Assembly: GCA_000990005.1 (NCBI GenBank) | Contig: LBPF01000003.1 | Span: 71,479-135,478 of the forward strand | Direction of reading: 5' to 3' | DNA length: 64,000 nucleotides | Source of the DNA: Candidatus Woesebacteria bacterium GW2011_GWB1_33_38 | GTDB taxonomy: Bacteria > Patescibacteriota > Microgenomatia > UBA8517 | Shown: in pieces, positions 47,703 to 57,390 of the stretch | Numbering within the stretch: position 1 is the first letter of the stretch | Layout: every line of letters starts with the position of its first letter | The notes under the pieces: model-generated | Database searches by the model: none | Told to the model about the DNA's origin: nothing | The model's input: the letters and a program-made list of their open reading frames with translations, nothing else | Position numbers and translations under genes: made by a program

Positions 47703-48575
47703 CTAAGTAGATTTCTTAATAAGTACGACTCCGACATCTTGAAACCTTTCGCCATTCTCTCGGGGAATTAAATCTAATTCTGCTTTTTCAACAGGACCGT
47801 CGAAAAGTATTTCCTGCTTGAATATTGTAAATCCCATGTTTTTTGCTTCCATTTGCCATTTATCAATAACATCAAAAGAATTGGGTTTATCATTTTGTGT
47901 TTGCAACCAGTCAAAACTTGGCGAATTTTGATCCATCAATGAAAATGAGAAAATTAATTTTCCTTCAGGTTTTAATATTCGCCATATTTCGATCAATGCT
48001 TCCCTCGTTTTTCTTACATTATTGATTCCAAAACATACAACTATTGGAATAGAATTATTATTAAATGGTAAGTGGGTCGCACTAGAAGTTATCGGTACAA
48101 TGGTATTTTTCCCATGGAGAGTTTGAATGAGTTTGTTGGTTCCCACTAAAACATCGGTATCAAGATCTGTTAAATATATAACTGAGTTTTCTGTTGCTGG
48201 TAACAAATTTCTAATCAGAAGACCTCTACCTGTAGCTATGTCTAGAATAGTTGTATTATTTTTAGTGAGATTATTAACAATAAAACTGATCATTTTTTCC
48301 ATTCTTAATTTTGATTTTGGTTTAGCTAAAGTGCTTTGTGTTTCATCTAGCAGGAGGTTTTCCTTTGGATTACGTAATTTTTTACCCCATACAAATTTTT
48401 TAGGTAGTTTTATTTTTGTTTCTAAGATAAGTACTTCCTCATCGATAGAAAATTCATGCGAATTTTGACAAATAATTTTATTCGAAGAAACAAATCGAAA
48501 CTGTTTATTACAGTATAAACAATGAAGAACTCTATGTATTTTATTAGTTTTAGTATTTTTAATATTTATTGTCAT
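47703..48575 (-). CDS. RlmA/RrmA-like class I SAM-dependent rRNA (guanine-N1) methyltransferase with N-terminal Zn-ribbon
   Basis: CxxC..CxxxH zinc motif (HCLYCN..ICQNSH) as in RlmA; SAM motif I ILDIATGRGLL; ..LKPEGKL.. Confidence 0.6.
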   Translation of the reverse strand: MTINIKNTKTNKIHRVLHCLYCNKQFRFVSSNKIICQNSHEFSIDEEVLILETKIKLPKKFVWGKKLRNPKENLLLDETQSTLAKPKSKLRMEKMISFIVNNLTKNNTTILDIATGRGLLIRNLLPATENSVIYLTDLDTDVLVGTNKLIQTLHGKNTIVPITSSATHLPFNNNSIPIVVCFGINNVRKTREALIEIWRILKPEGKLIFSFSLMDQNSPSFDWLQTQNDKPNSFDVIDKWQMEAKNMGFTIFKQEILFDGPVEKAELDLIPRENGERFQDVGVVLIKKST

Positions 48576-48578
48576 AAA

Positions 48579-49934
48579 TTATTTTAATTCTTTTATCTGT
48601 TTTAGTAAAACGCCTCTTTCATTCAGGAACTTATTTTCTACTACTTCATTAAATAATTTTTCTAATATTTCTCCAACTTTTGGACCTGATGGAATTTTTA
48701 AAATTTCCATGACATCTTTGCCATTTACTTTGAGGTCTTTTATAGAAAAAGGCTGTTTTTGTACCTGCACTAGTCTTGTTTTAAACTCTTCAAGTCTCCA
48801 ACTTGTTTCTCTTGCACCCCCACCAAGTCTGTCCGCAACCCTTAGGGCTAACATATCCTCTACATTTTCAAGACCGATATTTCTTAAAAATCTTCTAATT
48901 GCAGAATCTGTTTGATGTTCATCAACAGTAAATTGATGGAATCTGACAAGTTTTACAAACTTTTCTTTTTCTTTTGCTGAAAACCTAAGTCTATCTGCAA
49001 TATTAATTGCAATTTTGGTAGAAACCATTTCGTGGTTATAAAAAGTTATGATCCCTGAATCTAATTTTTTATATGTTTGGGGTTTGCCGATATCATGAAT
49101 TAATGTTGCAAATCTTGTGACTGGATCTTCTGATTTACATTCCTTTAAACTCATTAAAAGGTGATTTCCCACATCATAAATGTGATGTCTTTGAGGTGAT
49201 TTTTGTTCAACCCCAAAACATTTCATAAGTTCGGGGAGAATTTCTTGCATTAACCCCGTGTCTTTAAGAAGAACTATCCCATTATAGGGATTAATACTTT
49301 TTAAAATTTTGAAGAGTTCATCCTTTATTCTTTCTTTGGCAATTTTATTGATCAAAGTTGAGTTTGTCTTTATTGCCTCTAGTGTATTTTTTTCTATTTC
49401 AAAATTTAATTCTCCCCCAATTCTCACAGCGCGCATCATACGAAGAGCGTCCTCATTAAAACGTTCAGAAGGATCTCCAACAGCCCTGATTAATTTATTC
49501 TTTAGGTCATCTAGTCCGCTGTATTTATCGATAATTTGGCATTTATCATTTGTCATTTGGCATTGAAGCGCAAGAGCATTTACAGTGAAATCTCTGCGCG
49601 CCAGGTCTTCTTCTAAAGTCTTACCCCAGATGACCTTGTCCGGCCTTCTGTTATCTGAATAACCGTGCTCAGTTCTAAATGTTGTAATTTCAAAAGGTCT
49701 GTCGAGGTTCTCAAATGAAATACCTACAGTACCAAAAGAATTGTCGTAAAAACCATCGGGATATATTGTTAAAATTTCGGAAGGCTGTGCATTTGTTGTG
49801 AAGTCCCAGTCATATACAATATGACCCATAAGAGCATCTCGAACAGCACCCCCTACAACATAAATTTCAAAATTTGCTTTAGCAAATTTTGCCATAAATT
49901 GTTTTACTTCATCTGGAAGTTTGAAATTAGTCAT
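48579..49934 (-). CDS. cca: CCA-adding tRNA nucleotidyltransferase with HD domain
   Basis: Pol-beta NTase head ..GGAVRD..DWDF.., HD ..HHIYDVGNH.. Confidence 0.88.
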   Translation of the reverse strand: MTNFKLPDEVKQFMAKFAKANFEIYVVGGAVRDALMGHIVYDWDFTTNAQPSEILTIYPDGFYDNSFGTVGISFENLDRPFEITTFRTEHGYSDNRRPDKVIWGKTLEEDLARRDFTVNALALQCQMTNDKCQIIDKYSGLDDLKNKLIRAVGDPSERFNEDALRMMRAVRIGGELNFEIEKNTLEAIKTNSTLINKIAKERIKDELFKILKSINPYNGIVLLKDTGLMQEILPELMKCFGVEQKSPQRHHIYDVGNHLLMSLKECKSEDPVTRFATLIHDIGKPQTYKKLDSGIITFYNHEMVSTKIAINIADRLRFSAKEKEKFVKLVRFHQFTVDEHQTDSAIRRFLRNIGLENVEDMLALRVADRLGGGARETSWRLEEFKTRLVQVQKQPFSIKDLKVNGKDVMEILKIPSGPKVGEILEKLFNEVVENKFLNERGVLLKQIKELK

Positions 49935-49936
49935 TT

Positions 49937-51601
49937 ATGATATTATATCAGAGTATGAAATGGCAGATTTTAAGTAAAGGAAAAGATATCATAAAAGAGC
50001 TTCTTAAGAATAGGAACATAAAAACAAAAAAAGAAATTGATGAATTTTTACAGCCGAAGAATCCTGCAGAAATTAATATACAGGAATTAGGAATAGGAAA
50101 AGAGGAATTAGAAAAAGTAATAAAAAAACTTCAGACAGCAAAAGATAAGAAGGAAAAAATTGTTGTTTTTGGAGATTATGATTGCGATGGAGTATGTGCT
50201 ACAGCCATACTTTGGGAAACATTATATAAATTAGGTTTTGACGCCATGCCTTATATTCCCGATAGATTTGAAGAAGGATACGGGTTCAAAACAGGGAGTC
50301 TTGAAAAACTCCAAAATTTCAATCCGCCAGCTGGAGGACTAAATCCTAAATTAATAATTACTGTAGATAATGGAATAGTTGCTTACGATGCAATTGACGA
50401 AGCTCAAAAAAGAGAGATAGATGTAATAGTTGTAGACCATCACACAAAAGGAGACAAAAAACTTTCTACGTCCTACATTCTACATTCTACTGCTGTGTGT
50501 GGAAGTGCACTAGCTTGGTTTTTATCCCGTGAGCTGTCTTACAGGTTCGGAACCCGTAAAGCAGGTTCCGAACCTAACAGAATAGAGCCTGTCATGGGTT
50601 TGGATTTTGTTGCATTAGGCACAGTTGCAGATCAAATGCAGCTTTTGGGAATTAATAGGTCATTGGTTAAATATGGCTTGGAAGATTTACAAAAAACAAA
50701 AAGAGTAGGGCTAAAAGCTTTAATCAAAAGTGCAGGTTTAGATAAAGTCGGAGTATATGAAGCAGGCTATATATTAGCTCCCAGGATTAATGCTATGGGT
50801 AGACTTTCCCATGCTCTAGATTCTTTAAGGCTTCTTTGTACAAGAGATACAAAAAAAGCTGAGACGCTAGCCAAAGTTCTGAGTGAGACGAATATAGAAA
50901 GGCAAAAAATTGTAGATGATGTTTTGGTTAAAGCAATTCAGTTGGTAACTGAAGAAAAGGTAGTAGTTATAGAAGGTGATTATCATGAAGGTGTAATAGG
51001 TCTTGCATCGGGAAAAATCACAGAAAAGTTATATAGACCATCGATTGTTTTGTCGCACGGCGAGAAGGTATCAAAAGCATCTGCTAGATCAATTTCGGGA
51101 TTTAATATTATTGAAGCGATCAAAGAAACAGGATTAATCTTGGAAGGTGGAGGGCATCCAATGGCTGCTGGTTTTTCAATTGAAACCTCTAAAATTTCAG
51201 AGTTCAGAACAAAGATAAATAAATTAAGTCAAGACAAGTTAACAGATGAGATTTTAGAAAAAAAATTAAAAATTGATTTAGAACTGGATTTTGAAAATAT
51301 AGATAATGATTTAGTCAAAGCACTAGAGAGTTTTGAACCAACAGGTTATGGTAACTTTTCTCCAGTATTTATGACAGAAGGTGTAAAAGTTGTTGAAATT
51401 AAACCAGTAGGGAGTGATGGAAAACATTTAAAATTAAAACTTTCCCAAAACGGAATTGTTTTCGATGCAATCTGGTTCAGTTTTTCTAAGTCCTTAGCCC
51501 TCATTCCTAATTCCTCAGTAAACGTTGCATACACCATTGAAACTAACACCTGGAACAACCATTCCCAAACACAGCTAAAGGTTAAAGATATCAAGACTTA
51601 G
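49937..51601 (+). CDS. recJ: Single-stranded-DNA-specific exonuclease RecJ
   Basis: DHH (..VVDHH..) and DHHA1 (GGGH) motifs. Confidence 0.88.
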   Translation: MILYQSMKWQILSKGKDIIKELLKNRNIKTKKEIDEFLQPKNPAEINIQELGIGKEELEKVIKKLQTAKDKKEKIVVFGDYDCDGVCATAILWETLYKLGFDAMPYIPDRFEEGYGFKTGSLEKLQNFNPPAGGLNPKLIITVDNGIVAYDAIDEAQKREIDVIVVDHHTKGDKKLSTSYILHSTAVCGSALAWFLSRELSYRFGTRKAGSEPNRIEPVMGLDFVALGTVADQMQLLGINRSLVKYGLEDLQKTKRVGLKALIKSAGLDKVGVYEAGYILAPRINAMGRLSHALDSLRLLCTRDTKKAETLAKVLSETNIERQKIVDDVLVKAIQLVTEEKVVVIEGDYHEGVIGLASGKITEKLYRPSIVLSHGEKVSKASARSISGFNIIEAIKETGLILEGGGHPMAAGFSIETSKISEFRTKINKLSQDKLTDEILEKKLKIDLELDFENIDNDLVKALESFEPTGYGNFSPVFMTEGVKVVEIKPVGSDGKHLKLKLSQNGIVFDAIWFSFSKSLALIPNSSVNVAYTIETNTWNNHSQTQLKVKDIKT

Positions 51602-51809
51602 AATTTAATACAGTCAATACTTTTTCCTCTGCAGCTTTCAGGCCCAATTTAGCCATTTCTAATGGACTTAATCCTGAAGGAGGTTTTTGCCCTAACTCTG
51701 GTGCCACCTCTAATACTTTTTCTGTCGCGCTCCTAAATCCAATCATAGCTTGTTCTGCTATTGAAATCCCTGCAGTTGGTCGTTGAGTTAATTTATATCT
51801 GTCTTGCAT
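51591..51809 (-). CDS. Hypothetical small protein with two internal ~26-aa repeats (72 aa from ATG 51809)
   Basis: Strong SD AAGAAGGTGAG 5 nt before ATG; repeats RPTAGISIAEQAMIGFRSATEKVLEV / KPPSGLSPLEMAKLGLKAAEEKVLTV. Confidence 0.5.
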   Translation of the reverse strand: MQDRYKLTQRPTAGISIAEQAMIGFRSATEKVLEVAPELGQKPPSGLSPLEMAKLGLKAAEEKVLTVLNSKS

Positions 51810-51834
51810 AAATCTCACCTTCTTTCAATAAAAA

Positions 51835-51868
51835 AACCTCTTATTTTTTAAGAGGTTTGGCTTTTTTT
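51835..51868. terminator. Bidirectional intrinsic-terminator-like hairpin (AACCTCTTA-TTTTT-TAAGAGGTT) flanked by T-runs on both strands
   Basis: Read directly. Confidence 0.45.
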
Positions 51869-51989
51869 CTAAAATTCCAAAAAGACAAACCCCTCTTATA
51901 TAAAGAGGTTAATAATTGTCTTGTAGGAACAAAATATATTCATATTATTTTTTTGAGAACAATTTTATATTATAAAGGTGAATAGCTTC

Positions 51990-52018
51990 TTGTCAATCCC
52001 CAAGTTTAAAACTAAAAT
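51990..52018 (+). promoter_or_regulatory. Putative aspS promoter TTGTCA-N17-TAAAAT, 7 nt upstream of ATG 52026
   Basis: Read directly. Confidence 0.5.
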
Positions 52019-52025
52019 ACATTAT

Positions 52026-53366
52026 ATGCAAAGAACTTTAGTTGCTGAAACTTTAAAAAAAGTCGGAGAAACAGTAACTCTAAAAGGTTGGGTGGATACT
52101 GTCAGGGATCATGGGAAAATAACCTTTTTAGATTTAAGGGATAGAACTGGAATTATTCAGTGTGTAGGAAATGGCTTAGAGGCAGTATCACTCGAAAGTG
52201 TAATTGAGCTTAGCGGTAAAGTTGTCGAAAGGCCTGAAAAACTTATTAATCCAAATATTGTAACAGGCAAAGTCGAATTACAAATTGAAGGAATGAAAGT
52301 TGTTTCAAAGGCTGAAGAAATGCCTTTTGATATGAACAAAGAAGATTTAAATTTGGAACTTCCAACCTTACTTGATTATAGATCCTTAACCTTAAGGCAT
52401 CCTAAGATTAAAGCAATTTTTAAAGTTCAAGAAGTTGTGATAGATGCGTTTAGAAGAGCCTTGCAGGCAAAAGATTTCACAGAGTTTCAAGCCCCAAGTA
52501 TTATTTCATCGGCTCCTGAGGGTGGTGCAGAGATTTTCGAAGTCAAATATTTTGATCATACAGCTTACCTTGCACAAAGTCCCCAACTGTATAAATCATT
52601 GTTAGTTAGTATTTTTGAAAGAGTTTTTTCGGTTAACAAGGTATTTAGAGCTGAACCTTCTGTGACCACGAGACATTTAACAGAAATTGTAAGTTTGGAT
52701 GCAGAATTTGGTTTTATTGAGGATTATCTGGAAGTTAAAGAGATGGCAGAATATGTAATCAAGTTTATATTAGATGAGGTATCAAGAAAATGTGCTAAAG
52801 AGCTTGAAATGTGGGGAGCAACAATTCCTGCAGTTTCTAAAAGTATTCCTATTATTAAGTTAAGAGAAGCGCAGGAAATTATATTTAAAAGAACAGGAAG
52901 AGATTGTCGAAAAGAAAAAGATTTTTCTCCTGAAGACGAGAGGGAAATTTGTAAGTGGTCAAAAGAAGAGCATGGATCAGATCTTGTTTTTGTGAGTCAT
53001 TATCCAACAAAATATAGACCATTTTATACATATCCAGATCCTGACGAGCCCGAATTTAATCAAGGATTTGATTTGATAGGTAGGGGAACAGAATGGATGA
53101 CAGGTGGACGAAGGATACATGATTACAAAACATTATTAGCCCATGCTAAAGAATGGGGTATAACTCCAAAAAATATTGAGCTGTACCTTCAAGCGTTTAG
53201 ATATGGCATGCCCTCACTTGGTGGTTTTGCTTTTGGAGCTGAAAGAATAACAATGCATATCTTAGGCCTTAAGAATGTTCGTGAAGCATCACTATTTCCT
53301 AGAGACATGGAAAGGGTTGATATAAGGTTGTCTACTATTGAAGAAATATCTGCGAATGAAAAATAA
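52026..53366 (+). CDS. aspS: Aspartyl-tRNA synthetase, archaeal/short type (possibly non-discriminating)
   Basis: N-terminal OB fold; motif 2 FRAEPSVTTRHLTEIVSLDAE; ~447 aa; the listed ORF starts at 51978. Confidence 0.85.
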   Translation: MQRTLVAETLKKVGETVTLKGWVDTVRDHGKITFLDLRDRTGIIQCVGNGLEAVSLESVIELSGKVVERPEKLINPNIVTGKVELQIEGMKVVSKAEEMPFDMNKEDLNLELPTLLDYRSLTLRHPKIKAIFKVQEVVIDAFRRALQAKDFTEFQAPSIISSAPEGGAEIFEVKYFDHTAYLAQSPQLYKSLLVSIFERVFSVNKVFRAEPSVTTRHLTEIVSLDAEFGFIEDYLEVKEMAEYVIKFILDEVSRKCAKELEMWGATIPAVSKSIPIIKLREAQEIIFKRTGRDCRKEKDFSPEDEREICKWSKEEHGSDLVFVSHYPTKYRPFYTYPDPDEPEFNQGFDLIGRGTEWMTGGRRIHDYKTLLAHAKEWGITPKNIELYLQAFRYGMPSLGGFAFGAERITMHILGLKNVREASLFPRDMERVDIRLSTIEEISANEK

Positions 53367-54264
53367 TCTTCTCTACTTGGCACTTCTTGCGTTTTTGTTA
53401 ATCTCAACTTCTGCACTCTCACTTTCAAATAATTTAAGCAGTTTGGTTACGTATGTTTTTCCCGAAAAAAAAGTAAAAGCCTATTCTCCCTTACCCGTTT
53501 TAAAAGACCAAGCTAAATATCCCATACTTTCTGCTCAGTCTGTAATGGCAGTGGACCTTGATTCTGGAGTAACTCTCTATGAAAAAGATCCAAACAAAAC
53601 TCTTCTTCCTGCATCAACCACAAAAATAGTGACGGCACTTGTATCACTTGATAGTTACAATTTGGATCGAGTTTTAAAAGTTGGTAAAGCTAATGTGGTC
53701 GGTCAAAAAATGGGATTAGTCTCAGGTGAACAACTTTTATTTCCAGATTTACTAAATGGACTACTTATTTACTCAGCTAATGATGCTGCTGAAGTTTTAG
53801 CTTCAAGCCATCCAGGTGGACGAGAATTATTCATTGCTTTGATGAATAAGAAAGTAAAAGATTTAGGACTTAATAATACTCACTTTAGTAATCCTACAGG
53901 TCTTGATAATGGTGCGCAGTATGTTACTGCAAGGGACTTGATAGTGGTATCTAAATATGCAATGAAAAATCCAATTTTTGCCAAAATTGTCGGTATAAAG
54001 GAGATAACTGTCAAAAGTGTTGATGGAAAAATAACTCATAAATTAACTAATGTCAACAAACTTTTGGGTAGTGTAGAAGGTGTATTAGGTGTTAAAACAG
54101 GTTGGACAGAAAACGCAAGAGAAAACTTAGTTACTGAAGTTTCCAGAAATGGTAAAAGAGTTATGATTGTTGTATTGGGTAGTTCTGATAGATTTGGTGA
54201 AACTACAGAACTTATAGATTGGATATACAATAACTATTCTTGGGAAAATGTTATACCCAGTTAA
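53338..54264 (+). CDS. D-alanyl-D-alanine carboxypeptidase (PBP5/6 family)
   Basis: SxxK ASTTK, SxN YSANDAA, KTG VKTGWT. Confidence 0.85.
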   Translation: MKKYLRMKNNLLYLALLAFLLISTSALSLSNNLSSLVTYVFPEKKVKAYSPLPVLKDQAKYPILSAQSVMAVDLDSGVTLYEKDPNKTLLPASTTKIVTALVSLDSYNLDRVLKVGKANVVGQKMGLVSGEQLLFPDLLNGLLIYSANDAAEVLASSHPGGRELFIALMNKKVKDLGLNNTHFSNPTGLDNGAQYVTARDLIVVSKYAMKNPIFAKIVGIKEITVKSVDGKITHKLTNVNKLLGSVEGVLGVKTGWTENARENLVTEVSRNGKRVMIVVLGSSDRFGETTELIDWIYNNYSWENVIPS

Positions 54265-55311
54265 CTATTCTGCGTAATGTTCTAAAGTGACTGCTGGAAC
54301 ATAGCCTACAAGGTTTTGGTCACCTTCAAAGACATAAACTGGTTGGAAGAATTCCATATAGACTCCTGGGTCGTAATAGGCTAAATAAATTTTTCTTATT
54401 TTTATACTGTCTCCATCGTTTGTTGTTCCAAATGATGCGGGGTAATAACTGCCACTTATGAATTCTTGCCATGCTTCGTCACCAGTCTTAATTGGGTATG
54501 TTGCTAGTTTTGTTTCATCCACGGGGAAATAGTGATACTCTCCTGCAATAATATCCCTTCCTTTTTCTCTAATCCCTGAAACCATAAACCAGACATTGCT
54601 TTTATTAGGTTCATTTGTAGCAATTGGGAGCTCATTATAACTTTTTCTAAAAATATCGACTCTTGTGATGCTGGCATCAGAAAGTGATACGGCAAGTATA
54701 AAACTGCCAGCTTGGGTTTTTAAGAATTGATGTTTAACTTCACCTGTTAAATCTTCTGCTAAAAGATTGCTACTTCCTAAAAAAGATTTAACAGATGTGG
54801 TAGAAATTTCAGGCTGTAGTGGTCGTACTGAAATGGGTGATGAATCAGCGTTTAAGTCATAACTAATTGAAAATGCGCCTGTAATAATATCAGCTTCAAG
54901 TATGGCAAGAGATGATCTGTGGTTAAACTTATAAATCGAATCAGATACTTGTTGTGGATCGGATACGAAGCCTAATTTTTTGGCCGTATCCTTTGTATAA
55001 TCCAATGACAATAAGTTTGCAGATTTATTAGGCATAAAGTAAACATTTGCCTTAAGAGAAAATGTTGGAATTTCTCCATTTGCGGTTTCAAGAGTAAACT
55101 TTAAATCTTTTTTTGTTTTTTCAGGAAAAGGTAATTTTGATAATTTTCCAAAAGCAACTGTGGCTGGTTCTGGCGCTGGAGGAAAAACCTTTTTGTAAAG
55201 TGCTATGCCACCATTTATCATCATACGGCCAACTATTAAAAATATTATGAAATAGATAGTGTATCTAATTGATTTTCTTGCTGTGATTGAAGCGTAAGTT
55301 AACGTGACCAT
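54265..55311 (-). CDS. Hypothetical membrane-anchored extracytoplasmic protein
   Basis: N-terminal TM helix plus a ~300-aa soluble region; no confident family. Confidence 0.4.
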   Translation of the reverse strand: MVTLTYASITARKSIRYTIYFIIFLIVGRMMINGGIALYKKVFPPAPEPATVAFGKLSKLPFPEKTKKDLKFTLETANGEIPTFSLKANVYFMPNKSANLLSLDYTKDTAKKLGFVSDPQQVSDSIYKFNHRSSLAILEADIITGAFSISYDLNADSSPISVRPLQPEISTTSVKSFLGSSNLLAEDLTGEVKHQFLKTQAGSFILAVSLSDASITRVDIFRKSYNELPIATNEPNKSNVWFMVSGIREKGRDIIAGEYHYFPVDETKLATYPIKTGDEAWQEFISGSYYPASFGTTNDGDSIKIRKIYLAYYDPGVYMEFFQPVYVFEGDQNLVGYVPAVTLEHYAE

Positions 55312-55336
55312 GTTTAATGATATAATTCATCTTAGC

Positions 55337-56629
55337 ATGAGTAAAGTAAAAATATGTACCAGATTTGCACCTAGTCCAACGGGATCAATGCATATAGGGA
55401 ACTTAAGAACTGCATTTTATGCATATGCATTAGCCAAACATAGTAATGGAGATTTTATTTTAAGAATTGAGGATACAGATAAAAAAAGGGAGAAAGAGGG
55501 TGGTGTCGAGGATATCAAGCGACTACTGGGAATATTCAATATCAAATGGGATGAATTTTATGTGCAGTCTGAAAGACTAGATTTGTACAATAAAGCAGCG
55601 GAAAGATTAGTTAAAGAAGGTCGCGCTTTTTATTGTCAATGTGAGGCTAAAAATGCTAAAGAAGATGGATTTTCAAAAGACTTAAGAGATCCTTGTCGTG
55701 ACAAAAATTTAACATCTGGGGCTATAAAACTTAAAGTGCCAGACAATGAGGGTGTCGGTTTTACCGACTTTGTTATTAATAAAAAAGTTTCATGGAGTAC
55801 AAATATAGTAGGTGATGCAACTTTATTAAAGACTGACAAATTCCCCACATATCATTTAGCTGTTGTTGTAGATGATAATGATATGAAAATTAGCCATGTT
55901 TTAAGGGGTCATGATTGGATGCCTTCAACACCAATACATTTATTAGTTTATAAGTATCTTGGTTTTGATGTTCCCCAAATAGGACACTTAACAGATATTA
56001 TGGATCCAGATGGTGGAAAGTTATCGAAAAGAAAAGGTAGTACATCTGTTCAGGGTTTATTGGATGAAGGTTATCTACCCGACGCTTTGTTTAATTTTGT
56101 GATTTTACTAGGATGGGCACCTAAAAATAATCAGGAGCTTTTTAATTTAAATTCGTTTGTAAAAGATTTTGATCAATCTGGATTTCAAAAATCTAATCCA
56201 GTATTTAATCGAGACAAACTTGACTGGTTTAATGGACAGTATATTCGTAAATTGTCAATTGAAGAATTAATTAATAAATTAAATTTAGAAAATACATCCA
56301 AAAATAAATCAATTGTCAGTTTAATTCAGGATAGAATCAAAAAACTTTCTGATTTTAATTCTTTAACAAGTTTTTTCTTTGAAAAACCTGAAGTAGACAC
56401 AAAACTATTTGGAGAAAATTATAAAAAACATCTAAGAAAGGCTATTGAAGGGATTCAATCAGAAAGAGACTTGATGGAAGTTGTTAAGGAAAATGATTTT
56501 AAAACTGGAGATTTTTTTATGGACTTGAGAATTGCTATTACTGGGGTTAAGTTCACGCCACCAATTAACGAATCAATTGCTATTTTAGGGAAAGAAGAGG
56601 GACTTGCTAGGTTAAATAAATTTATATAA
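55337..56629 (+). CDS. gltX: Glutamyl-tRNA synthetase
   Basis: ..TRFAPSPTGSMHIGNLRTA.. HIGH region, KLSKR; the listed ORF starts at 55304. Confidence 0.9.
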   Translation: MSKVKICTRFAPSPTGSMHIGNLRTAFYAYALAKHSNGDFILRIEDTDKKREKEGGVEDIKRLLGIFNIKWDEFYVQSERLDLYNKAAERLVKEGRAFYCQCEAKNAKEDGFSKDLRDPCRDKNLTSGAIKLKVPDNEGVGFTDFVINKKVSWSTNIVGDATLLKTDKFPTYHLAVVVDDNDMKISHVLRGHDWMPSTPIHLLVYKYLGFDVPQIGHLTDIMDPDGGKLSKRKGSTSVQGLLDEGYLPDALFNFVILLGWAPKNNQELFNLNSFVKDFDQSGFQKSNPVFNRDKLDWFNGQYIRKLSIEELINKLNLENTSKNKSIVSLIQDRIKKLSDFNSLTSFFFEKPEVDTKLFGENYKKHLRKAIEGIQSERDLMEVVKENDFKTGDFFMDLRIAITGVKFTPPINESIAILGKEEGLARLNKFI

Positions 56630-56632
56630 CTA

Positions 56633-57385
56633 ATGATTCTCAAAATAAAAAACATATTTGGTGAAGTTCTTGATGTTTTGATTGAAGGCAATAAAGATTC
56701 AAAAAATGTTGTAATATTTGTTCACGGATTTGGTACAGATAAAAATGAAGGTTTTGCTACATTTTTAGATTTAGCTAACTTTTTAGAAGACAAATATCTA
56801 ACTATCCGATTTGATTTGTCGGGATATGGTGCTAGTGAAGGTGAGGATTCTGAATTTCAGTTTCAAAAAGCAGCTGGAGATTTAGATTCCATTATAAGAT
56901 ATTCTAGAAGGAAATATCCTGATAAAGATATCAATATTATTGCTCACTCTCTAGGCACGTTCATTACAAGTCTCTTGTCACCGCATGAAATAAAAAAGAC
57001 CGTGTTTACCTCAGTTCCAAACTCTAACTCGGAATTTGTAATAAAACAATTGCAAGACAGGATCATAAAGCATGGTGGTACAATTGACGAAAAAGGTATC
57101 ACTCTGTATCCAAGGTCAAGTGGCGCTGTTCAAAAAATGGGTAAGGATTTTTGGAGGACTTTTCGAAATTTTGACATTTTAGAATACATAGCCGATTTTG
57201 CTAAGAAAACAAAAATTGTTATATATAAACCAAAACAAGATGATGTTTTGGAGTATAAATATTTTGATGAATATAAATCTATACCGAAGGTAAGTTATAT
57301 TGAAGTTGATGGCGATCATAATTTCAGAAAAGAAGAAGACAGACAAAGACTTTTTGAGAAAATCAAAGAATTTTTAGATAATTAA
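56633..57385 (+). CDS. Alpha/beta hydrolase
   Basis: ..VHGFG.. and ..AHSLG.. nucleophile elbow. Confidence 0.7.
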   Translation: MILKIKNIFGEVLDVLIEGNKDSKNVVIFVHGFGTDKNEGFATFLDLANFLEDKYLTIRFDLSGYGASEGEDSEFQFQKAAGDLDSIIRYSRRKYPDKDINIIAHSLGTFITSLLSPHEIKKTVFTSVPNSNSEFVIKQLQDRIIKHGGTIDEKGITLYPRSSGAVQKMGKDFWRTFRNFDILEYIADFAKKTKIVIYKPKQDDVLEYKYFDEYKSIPKVSYIEVDGDHNFRKEEDRQRLFEKIKEFLDN

Positions 57386-57390
57386 TAAAT

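Noticed and set aside
51978-52025. Upstream ATG (51978) as the aspS start
   Set aside because: The extra 16 residues (MNSFLSIPKFKTKIHY) are not AspRS-like, and a well-formed -35/-10 promoter sits inside this stretch, pointing to ATG 52026 as the real start.
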